A stretch of 10,300 nt of DNA from Candidatus Micrarchaeota archaeon (GCA_027319905.1 DAHVMJ010000022.1:1-10300); one strand, 5' to 3'. Shown: positions 1 to 6,336, counted from the stretch's first letter. A program made the numbers and translations. The notes: generated by a model from the sequence alone, not told the origin.

Positions 1-2
1 CA

Positions 3-308
3 TACGTTGGTACAATGGCAGGCTCTCCGGATACGGTAATAGCCGGGCCGAGCTCTTGGAACCGCGGGTATTGGTTATACACCGGTGGGATGGCGAACAT
101 ACAGATCTACAATACCTCGCTCTCGGCTAATGAGATACAATATCTGTATACCGAAGGAATCGGAGGCGCTCCTCTGAGCCCGCAATACCTCATTGGCTGG
201 TGGCCGCTTAATGGCAACACAAACGACTACTCCGGAAATGATAATAACGGAGTTCCGAGCGCGGTGACGTACACGAACCAGTGGACGGGAGCATACACGC
301 CGCCATAG
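3..308 (+). CDS. LamG-like jellyroll (concanavalin A-like) domain surface protein, 3' end only
   Basis: The frame is open from the window edge (YVGTMAG...), so the ATG at 15 is probably internal. It has the LamG/pentraxin C-terminal motif G-MANIQIYNTSLSANEIQYLY, followed by EGIGGAP-x5-LIGWWPLNGNTNDYSGNDNNG, a style I recognise from Micrarchaeota LamG proteins. Stop TAG at 306-308. Confidence 0.85.
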   Translation, partial: YVGTMAGSPDTVIAGPSSWNRGYWLYTGGMANIQIYNTSLSANEIQYLYTEGIGGAPLSPQYLIGWWPLNGNTNDYSGNDNNGVPSAVTYTNQWTGAYTPP

Positions 309-968
309 CTACCTAAGTCCGAACTTTGCTCTTGCTTCCTCTTTGACTCTGGTCTGCTCCAGGGACATGTCCATTACCTTCGGATCGTACAATCCTTCAA
401 TTTCAAAGACCTCGGAAACGAGCTGGTGTATGGCCTCTTTGTAGCCCTTGTGCAGCTTGTCCACCACTATCTTGACGTTCTTATAGGCGAGGAACCGTTT
501 CATGTCCTTCAGTTCTATATCTATTGCCTTTTTCTTTGGATTTGAATATAACTGCTTCGCCACCTTCAGCCATTCCGCCAGAATTTCGTCTTTGTTAAGC
601 CCGAACCAGTAGTGCAGGGCCATCCAATATATTTTGAAGAACCGGATGCTATCAGAAACGATGAAAATCTTGTTCTCCGGAGAGAAGTCGATAAGCCCCT
701 TGGCGAACTGAAAGTGTTCCGGAGTCGTGCGCGACCTATCCTCGATAACTATCCTAACGCCTTCGCCCAAAAGAGGCTTCAGGTAGTCAGCCATCGTGCC
801 CGCTTCTGACTTCTCCGGCTGCTTGAGGTTTGTGTACCCGCCGCAGAGTATAGCTACATCTATTCTTTTCTTTTTGACAAGCATAGCGAACCTGTCCAGA
901 TAGCCCTTGTACTTCGGATTCGACACATCAAAGAGACCGAAGCCGAACAGTGTTGCGTAGTTCGTCGT
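309..968 (-). CDS. Divergent DUF218 / YdcF-ElyC-SanA family protein (start uncertain: GTG at 926 or ACG at 968)
   Basis: Motifs ILCGG-x9-SEAGTMADYL and IVIEDRSRTTPEH match the DUF218 pattern SGG...SEA..M..yL...I..E..S.nT.EN. The frame stays open upstream of GTG 926 to 968 (TTNYATLFGFGLFDV), encoding a plausible first beta strand. It lies immediately downstream of aCPSF1 on the same strand. Confidence 0.7.
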   Translation of the reverse strand, partial: TTNYATLFGFGLFDVSNPKYKGYLDRFAMLVKKKRIDVAILCGGYTNLKQPEKSEAGTMADYLKPLLGEGVRIVIEDRSRTTPEHFQFAKGLIDFSPENKIFIVSDSIRFFKIYWMALHYWFGLNKDEILAEWLKVAKQLYSNPKKKAIDIELKDMKRFLAYKNVKIVVDKLHKGYKEAIHQLVSEVFEIEGLYDPKVMDMSLEQTRVKEEARAKFGLR

Positions 969-972
969 TCAA

Positions 973-2922
973 TCACTTGAACCTTATGGAGTCTAGGTTC
1001 ATCGGTGCCCTGCCCTCCACGTGGAACTTCATCGCGAGGGTCCTTGCGAGGTCTTCGCACTTTGCTTCCTCGCCGTGCATCGTGAATATCTTCTTCGGCT
1101 GCCCTGGCCTGAGGCTCTGCACGAAGTTCATCAGCTGCCTTCTGTCGCTGTGGCCCGAGAACCCCTCGTTCCTCTGAACCTGCATCTTTATGTCGACGGG
1201 CACGAGCTTGCCGTCCTCTCCCGGCAGGGCGATCTGCTTGAAACCGTTGAGCACCTTCCTGCCCAGCGAGTTCACGCTCGTGTAGGAGCTGAATATCATC
1301 GCGTTCCTCTCGTCCTCAGCGAGCAGCTTGAAGTACTCGAGCGCTGTGCCGCCGTTGAGCATGCCACCGCTCGCAAGTATTATCGCGGGTCCCTTGTCCA
1401 CTATGTCACTCCTCTCGCCCTTCGCCACCTCGAAGATCTCGCTCTCGAAAGGCGAGTTGTTGCTCAGTATGCGGTGCTGCAGGCCCGCCTTGAGGTACTC
1501 TGGATACGCGGTGTGTATGGCGCTTGACTCGAGGATCATTCCATCGAGGTATATTGGTACGTCAAGCTTGTAGTTAGGATTGCTGGCGAAGTATGTCTCG
1601 AGGGTGAGCATGAGCTCCTGGGCTCTTCCTATGGCCAGCACAGGCAGCAGCACCTTGCCCTTGCTGTCAATCACGTGCTTTATCAGGTTCATTAGCTGCA
1701 GCTCCGAATCTTGTCTCGGCGCTCCAATGTCACGCGGGCCGCCGTAGGTACTCTCAAGGAAGAGCGCGTCTATCCTAGGGTATCTGGTGTCGGCCTGGTC
1801 GAGCAGCCTGGTGAAGCCGAACTTCATGTCCCCGCTGTGCACCACGTTGTACAGCCCCTCGCCTATGTGCAGGTGCACCAGGGAGCTGCCGAGTATGTGC
1901 CCGGCGTTGTGGTACGTTAGCTTTATCTCGTCGGTGACGTTGGTCACCTCACCGTAGTCTCTTGTTATCATGTGCGAGAGCATCTTCTTGATGTCCTTCT
2001 CTTCGTAAAGCGGCGTGCCCCCGCTCCTCATGACAAGCTTTGTGTAGTCGTAGAGCAGCAGCGCTGCAAGATCCCTCGTTGGAGGAGTGCAGTAGACCGG
2101 CCCCTCGTACCCGAACTTGAAAAGGTAGGGAACGAAGCCTATGTGGTCCATATGCCCGTGCGTCAGTATTACGGCGTCGAGGTCGTTTATCGTTATGTTC
2201 GCGCTGTCAAGGTACGGAAACGCCTTGTTCTCGTCCCCTACTATCGCGTCAAGGCCCTTGACCGCAGGCTCGGGGCTCACCCCGCAGTCGATTATTATCT
2301 TCGAATGGTTCGTTTCCAGGAGCAGACTGCTTCTACCGACTTCTCTGAATCCTCCCAGAGCCGTAGCCTTTATCCACTCGCTCTTCACTATCGGCTGGTT
2401 TATCTTCTTGCCTATCGTTGTGAGGAACTTCTTCCTGAAGTCGGCCTCCTTGACCATCATCTGGCGCACGCCCTTTATGACGTCGCTGTTCATCGTTGGT
2501 ATGCGCAACACCTTTGGCACCCAGCCCGTCTCTGTGACTATCTTTATCAGGGTGCTGCCGCCCTTGCCTATCACGAGCCCGGGCTTCATCGCCTCGATCT
2601 GCACCTCGTTGAACTCGGGCACATATCTTATGCCCTCCTCCTTCACGCCAGCGTCAGACGGAGCTATCTCAAGTATCTTTTTGGTGGCCTGCTCGGGCTC
2701 CATCAGGCTCTGCGTGTCGCTCCTGACTATGAGCTTCTTCTTTATTGTGGTGGAGACGTTGCGTATGACGTTCTCGTCCCCGTATATGGCGGATACGTTC
2801 TTCACGTATATTACCACGTCCGGCCCCTCGAACTCAGCCTTGCTGAGGCCGGCATCCTTGGGAACCAGCTCCTTGACGGTTTCTATTATGTTCTTGCTTT
2901 GTTGCTTTTCTTCTTCAGCCAA
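973..2922 (-). CDS. fttA: Beta-CASP ribonuclease aCPSF1 / transcription termination factor FttA (KH-KH-MBL-beta-CASP)
   Basis: 649 aa with TTG start. N-terminal KH region (EFEGPDVVIY; KPGLVIGKGG). MBL motifs LGGFREVGRS, DCG, HGHMDH, AGHILGS and SGD. Beta-CASP motifs ESTYG, FSGHSD and HGE. C-terminal APMNLDSIRF is typical of the aCPSF1 dimerisation tail. The position downstream of psmB is conserved in archaea. Confidence 0.96.
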   Translation of the reverse strand: MAEEEKQQSKNIIETVKELVPKDAGLSKAEFEGPDVVIYVKNVSAIYGDENVIRNVSTTIKKKLIVRSDTQSLMEPEQATKKILEIAPSDAGVKEEGIRYVPEFNEVQIEAMKPGLVIGKGGSTLIKIVTETGWVPKVLRIPTMNSDVIKGVRQMMVKEADFRKKFLTTIGKKINQPIVKSEWIKATALGGFREVGRSSLLLETNHSKIIIDCGVSPEPAVKGLDAIVGDENKAFPYLDSANITINDLDAVILTHGHMDHIGFVPYLFKFGYEGPVYCTPPTRDLAALLLYDYTKLVMRSGGTPLYEEKDIKKMLSHMITRDYGEVTNVTDEIKLTYHNAGHILGSSLVHLHIGEGLYNVVHSGDMKFGFTRLLDQADTRYPRIDALFLESTYGGPRDIGAPRQDSELQLMNLIKHVIDSKGKVLLPVLAIGRAQELMLTLETYFASNPNYKLDVPIYLDGMILESSAIHTAYPEYLKAGLQHRILSNNSPFESEIFEVAKGERSDIVDKGPAIILASGGMLNGGTALEYFKLLAEDERNAMIFSSYTSVNSLGRKVLNGFKQIALPGEDGKLVPVDIKMQVQRNEGFSGHSDRRQLMNFVQSLRPGQPKKIFTMHGEEAKCEDLARTLAMKFHVEGRAPMNLDSIRFK

Positions 2923-2934
2923 CTAATCAACTTA

Positions 2935-2950
2935 AAATCCGACTGGATTT
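2935..2950. repeat. Perfect 6-bp inverted repeat AAATCC-GACT-GGATTT upstream of aCPSF1 (possible operator or small hairpin)
   Basis: Read directly: arms at 2935-2940 and 2945-2950, 12 nt from the TTG start at 2922. Function is inferred only. Confidence 0.4.
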
Positions 2951-2964
2951 ACGCCTTTTTCGTG

Positions 2965-3000
2965 CAAAACGCAACAAAAAGATAAACGAAAACGAATGAA
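2965..3000 (-). terminator. U-rich archaeal terminator-like region after psmB with three tracts of at least 4 U
   Basis: The minus strand after the psmB stop reads TTCATTCGTTTTCGTTTATCTTTTTGTTGCGTTTTG. Tracts are at 2989-2992, 2976-2980 and 2966-2969. Confidence 0.6.
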
Positions 3001-3001
3001 C

Positions 3002-3643
3002 CTAGGCCACTTTCTGCAGCTTGTCTATTTCCTCCTTGCTCAGTTCCTTGAAGCCGCGCTTGGTTATTATTGCTATCCTCATCGCGCCTCCGGTTGCCGA
3101 GCTTCTCTTCATCGCTGCCTGTAGCGCCTTGACCGCATGCTTGACTCCCTCGCTCGTGCTCATGCTGCCAGCATACGTGCTGTCGAGGTAGCCAAGAGCC
3201 GATGCCATCCCCGATCCTATTGAAGTGTACTTGCTCTCTTTCTGCGCGCTCCCTATCGCATCCAGGCTTATCAGCTCCGGGTCTCCGCGGTTTAGGCCAC
3301 CCACTATAAGGAAGGCGTAACCCATCTCTGAAACACTCTCCCTGAGTATGAATCCCAGAAGCGAGGCCGCGGCTGAAGGCGACATCGGCTTGCCCTCGCT
3401 CATCTTGTAGAGCTCGCTCTGCACCCTGAGCAGCTTTACCACGTACTCGGCATAGCCGGCCACGCCAGCGAAGAGCACCCCAAGGCCATCGTCCACCTTG
3501 TACAGCTTTATCGCGGCATCGCTGCCTATGAAATCGCCGAGCGTTGCCCTGCTGTCAGCGCCGAGCACGACGCCGTCGCTGCATATCAGCCCAACAGTAG
3601 TTGTTCCCTTTCTCACAGCCTCAGAAACATCCTTTAGGTCCAT
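3002..3643 (-). CDS. psmB: Proteasome subunit beta (Ntn threonine protease)
   Basis: Propeptide ends ...RKG/TTTVG (Thr1 codon 3602-3604). Asp17 (GADSRAT), Lys33, Gly47 and the GSG motif are present. ATG 3643 is preferred over ATG 3670 because GGTGGA (3653-3648) lies 4 nt upstream, which gives a 13-aa propeptide. Confidence 0.95.
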   Translation of the reverse strand: MDLKDVSEAVRKGTTTVGLICSDGVVLGADSRATLGDFIGSDAAIKLYKVDDGLGVLFAGVAGYAEYVVKLLRVQSELYKMSEGKPMSPSAAASLLGFILRESVSEMGYAFLIVGGLNRGDPELISLDAIGSAQKESKYTSIGSGMASALGYLDSTYAGSMSTSEGVKHAVKALQAAMKRSSATGGAMRIAIITKRGFKELSKEEIDKLQKVA

Positions 3644-3681
3644 TAATTCCACCGAAATAGCTAAGGGCATAAGTAGATGTT

Positions 3682-3689
3682 GAAAAAGA
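3682..3689 (-). terminator. Short U-tract (TCTTTTTC) after the TRAM gene
   Basis: T5 at 3687-3683 on the minus strand, 6 nt after the TRAM stop codon. Confidence 0.35.
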
Positions 3690-3693
3690 CGCC

Positions 3694-3933
3694 CTACCTG
3701 ATTATTAGGCTACCATTACCTATAAAATACTTGCTATTTTCGTCTACAATCTCCGCGTATGCGAAGGTCCTGTGAACGTCTGTTACCTTCACCCGGTATG
3801 CCTTGCCTATGCGCGTCTTGGCGTTCTTCACGAAAACGACTACGCCGTTCACGCTTCCTATGCCCTCTCCCCTTGGGTTCTTCCCTTTTATGTCCAGGCT
3901 GTACATCCCACCTTCCTCTAGCTCGCCCATCAT
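3694..3933 (-). CDS. Single-domain TRAM protein (putative RNA chaperone, archaeal cold-shock type)
   Basis: LEEGGMYSLDI...GEGIGSVNGVVVFV...G..YRVKVTDV.RTFAYAEIV fits the TRAM consensus (G..y.v.I....G.Giar..GfvvFV...G..v.vkv..v...faFAevv). The GTG at 3942 is part of the SD-like GGGTG, so the start is likely ATG 3933 or 3930. Confidence 0.9.
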   Translation of the reverse strand: MMGELEEGGMYSLDIKGKNPRGEGIGSVNGVVVFVKNAKTRIGKAYRVKVTDVHRTFAYAEIVDENSKYFIGNGSLIIR

Positions 3934-3994
3934 ATTTTGCACCCACTCGTACTCAGAATCAACTGGTACCCGTTCAGGAAACTACTGTTAAAAC

Positions 3995-4010
3995 TATTTA
4001 AGTCTTGTGT
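3995..4010 (-). promoter_or_regulatory. Putative BRE/TATA promoter for the TRAM gene and possibly the whole TRAM-psmB-aCPSF1-DUF218 cluster
   Basis: The minus strand reads ACACAAGA-CTTAAATA (TATA-like at 4002-3995) in an AT-rich intergenic region about 60 nt upstream of the ATG. Confidence 0.5.
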
Positions 4011-4021
4011 GTTGTTTTATG

Positions 4022-4048
4022 GAAAAGAGTCAAGATAGTCACTTGACT
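4022..4048 (-). terminator. 7-bp perfect inverted repeat AGTCAAG-N7-CTTGACT followed by CTTTT on the minus strand (terminator-like hairpin or operator)
   Basis: Arms at 4028-4034 and 4042-4048. The repeat overlaps the stop codon of the large membrane protein gene. T4 at 4026-4023 follows on the minus strand. Confidence 0.45.
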
Positions 4049-6272
4049 AACTCAATGAGTATTTTTTAAAAGTTATGTTAGAAATTGCGAGATTTGAGTA
4101 ACCGGTCTGGTTGCCGGATGAGAAGAAGACAAGGTAGTTGATTCCCGGATTTATGCCGGTCACGAACGAGTAGTTCTTGAATGCGAGAGTGAGGTTCAGC
4201 GTGGTCAGCGGCTGGCCGTTCAGGTATACGTACTCGGTCTTGGTGCCGCTTGGAGAAAGGACGCGCATGCTGACGTTTATCTTTGTGTAGTTGGGGGAGT
4301 AGATGTTGATGTATGCGGGATTAATGCCGAACCAGGAACTGAGATACTCGGAGCTGTAGAGCGGAGAGCTGCCGTATATGAGCCAACCCGGCTGCCATAT
4401 GCTGTGCTGATTGTTCAGCAGCGTGGGCGTGTACGTGACCAGCTGGGTGCCCGCCTTGCTCGTTATGTTGGTAGTTGAGAAGACCATCGTGGTGTTGCTC
4501 TGGTACACCGGAAACTTAAGGAAGCTCGCGAGATACGCGGCGAGCTGCTGAAGTTCGGTTGTGTTGTACGTGTCTCTAAGCACTGAGACGAAGCCCACGT
4601 TGTACGCCCCCAGGAAGAATGACGTTGAGTTCGTGTAGTTCTCGCTCAGAGGGCTGCCGTACACGAGCCCCTGCCCGGTTTGGAGGTAGTACGCTGACGC
4701 TATTATCGGGACGTTAAACAGGGAGTACTCCTGGGTTATGTTTGTGCTTGTCAGGTAGCCGCCCAGCATCGGCTTCTTGAACGCGGTCTGATAGTACATG
4801 GCCCTGCCTATGAAGAAGTCGGGCTGCCTGCTGGTGTAGTTTGGTATTGCCGGCAGCTCCAGCACGGAGAAGTTGCCCCGCAGCGCCCCTATCTCATAAT
4901 AGGCCTTTGGTATCGTGGTGTTGAGCGTGTACATGCTGTTCAGCATGCTCTGGCTTATCGGCCATGTGTTGTATTCAAGCAGTATGAGTGCGAAGAAGAT
5001 AACTGGTATGTACTTCTTTGCCCCTGAAGACGCGTACTTCTCTCCGAGCCTCACGAGTCCTATCGCCGCGAATATCGCGATGAAGAGCTCGACAACCATA
5101 TCGAACCTGCTCGGCTCCCTGAAGACGTTGAAGAGCGGAACGAGATGGTAGAGCTGATACAGGCCCGGTATGCCCGTTACGCTGCCGTTGACCTGCAGAT
5201 AGGGACCGAAAGTGAGCAATCCAAAAATCACGAGAGGCACCAGGTATATGCCGGTGTTCTTGAACCTGTTCCTGGACTCGTAGGCGATCCCGATGAGCGC
5301 GAGCAGCATGACGCTGTAGCCCACGTATGTGGTGCGTTCGGCCACGGCCGGGGCCGCTACGTATGAGAAAATGCTGCTTACCGGGCTAAGAAGTCCATTG
5401 AACGAGCTGGGTATGAAGAACGAGAGAAGATCCGCGCTATAGAGCTCGTTGTACTTCACGGTGGCCACAGAGCCAAAATTGGAAAGCGCGCCGGGGGTGA
5501 GGTACGGGAGCATGCTGAGTATGAGCGGCGAGCCTATGACCAGCGTGGCGATGAGCATCTCGGCGAACATTATCGCAAATTTCCTGTTGAGTATCTTGTG
5601 CCTCTCGCTCTTCGCAAGCGCAAGATAGGCAAGTACGAAGAATGCGAGGAGCATTGCCATGATAGCCTGCTCGATGTCACCCAAGAAGGTGAGCATAACG
5701 AATGAGAACGCCGCGCCTATCGCATAAACGTGCTTCTTCTCCTCAATCAAGCGCAGGAAAAGGAAGAGGAAGAGCGGTATGAAGGCTATGTCTGTGAATG
5801 GCAGCTGGCCGAACGCGTGTATCGTATGCACGGGACTGAAGGCATAGATCACGCCTGCTATGAACGATGCCGCTTGATTCTTGGTTACGTGGAAGGCAAG
5901 CAGATAAGTGAAGAGACCGGCGAGGACGAAGCCAAGTAGGAAGACAAAGTTGAAAGCCAACGCGAGGCTTACCGGCTGGAAGACTGCGCTGATTATGCCA
6001 GCCAGCGGAGTCAGGGTCTGCGTGACAAGATTGGCGCCCACGGGGTAGAACACGTACGATGAGAAATACGGGGAGGAATGAAGGGTGAACATGGAGAAGG
6101 GGACCCACCACAGCTCCCACATGCTCTGGAACGTGTCGCCTCCAGCTCCTGGCACTGTTGACGCCAGGTTTAGGGTTATGGGCCAGAACATTATGAGCGA
6201 AAGCACCAGATACGCGAGCGCGATGATTGCATATTTCTTTAGTTCATTTCTGTTTATGGCTAGATCAAACAT
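4047..6272 (-). CDS. Polytopic membrane protein, putative GT-C fold (YfhO-like) polyprenol-phosphate-sugar-dependent glycosyltransferase with a C-terminal extracellular domain
   Basis: About 11-13 hydrophobic segments. After TM1 there is a long loop with an acidic motif, GGDTFQSMWELWW...FYPVGANL. Further family-like motifs are AGVIYAFSP, SADLLSFFIP, ERTTYVG, FREPSRF, VLELP and MYYQT...P..GGY. The soluble C-terminal domain is N/T/S/Y-rich. ATG 6272 is preferred to TTG 6293 because the TATA box is at 6306-6300. Confidence 0.7.
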   Translation of the reverse strand: MFDLAINRNELKKYAIIALAYLVLSLIMFWPITLNLASTVPGAGGDTFQSMWELWWVPFSMFTLHSSPYFSSYVFYPVGANLVTQTLTPLAGIISAVFQPVSLALAFNFVFLLGFVLAGLFTYLLAFHVTKNQAASFIAGVIYAFSPVHTIHAFGQLPFTDIAFIPLFLFLFLRLIEEKKHVYAIGAAFSFVMLTFLGDIEQAIMAMLLAFFVLAYLALAKSERHKILNRKFAIMFAEMLIATLVIGSPLILSMLPYLTPGALSNFGSVATVKYNELYSADLLSFFIPSSFNGLLSPVSSIFSYVAAPAVAERTTYVGYSVMLLALIGIAYESRNRFKNTGIYLVPLVIFGLLTFGPYLQVNGSVTGIPGLYQLYHLVPLFNVFREPSRFDMVVELFIAIFAAIGLVRLGEKYASSGAKKYIPVIFFALILLEYNTWPISQSMLNSMYTLNTTIPKAYYEIGALRGNFSVLELPAIPNYTSRQPDFFIGRAMYYQTAFKKPMLGGYLTSTNITQEYSLFNVPIIASAYYLQTGQGLVYGSPLSENYTNSTSFFLGAYNVGFVSVLRDTYNTTELQQLAAYLASFLKFPVYQSNTTMVFSTTNITSKAGTQLVTYTPTLLNNQHSIWQPGWLIYGSSPLYSSEYLSSWFGINPAYINIYSPNYTKINVSMRVLSPSGTKTEYVYLNGQPLTTLNLTLAFKNYSFVTGINPGINYLVFFSSGNQTGYSNLAISNITFKKYSLS

Positions 6273-6291
6273 GAAAACACGGATAAATTGC

Positions 6292-6313
6292 AAACTAGGT
6301 TAATAAGCTTTCC
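6292..6313. promoter_or_regulatory. Divergent archaeal promoter: BRE-TATA GGAAAGC-TTATTAA on the minus strand, and the same box reads TTAATAA on the plus strand
   Basis: The box at 6300-6306 lies 27 nt from ATG 6272 (minus) and 30 nt from ATG 6337 (plus) in a 64-nt intergenic region. Confidence 0.6.
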
Positions 6314-6336
6314 ACATTTAAGATTCGTGAGATCAA

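Noticed and set aside
1255..1295. aCPSF1 IFSSYTSVNSLG in place of the usual IFVGYQAEGTLG, plus a short insertion after DCG
   Set aside because: All metal-binding and beta-CASP A/B/C motifs are intact, so this is probably lineage drift. It cannot be argued further without an alignment.
1972..2985. Long plus-strand ORFs (337 aa at 1972-2985, 261 aa at 2141-2926, and 1021-1527) antisense to aCPSF1
   Set aside because: They lie almost entirely opposite a highly conserved gene, have no recognisable motifs, and have compositions typical of reverse-strand shadows from codon bias.
3644..3670. Longer psmB start at ATG 3670
   Set aside because: It has no SD, whereas ATG 3643 has GGTGGA at good spacing and gives a typical short propeptide.
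3934..3975. Possible RNA thermometer or small structured RNA in the TRAM leader (GTAC-CAG...CTG-A-GTAC)
   Set aside because: Only a weak 7-bp bulged stem that does not cover the SD. It cannot be distinguished from chance without folding and covariation data.
6273..6293. TTG start at 6293 for the 748-aa membrane protein
   Set aside because: It is only 6 nt downstream of the TATA box, so upstream of the expected TSS. ATG 6272 fits better.
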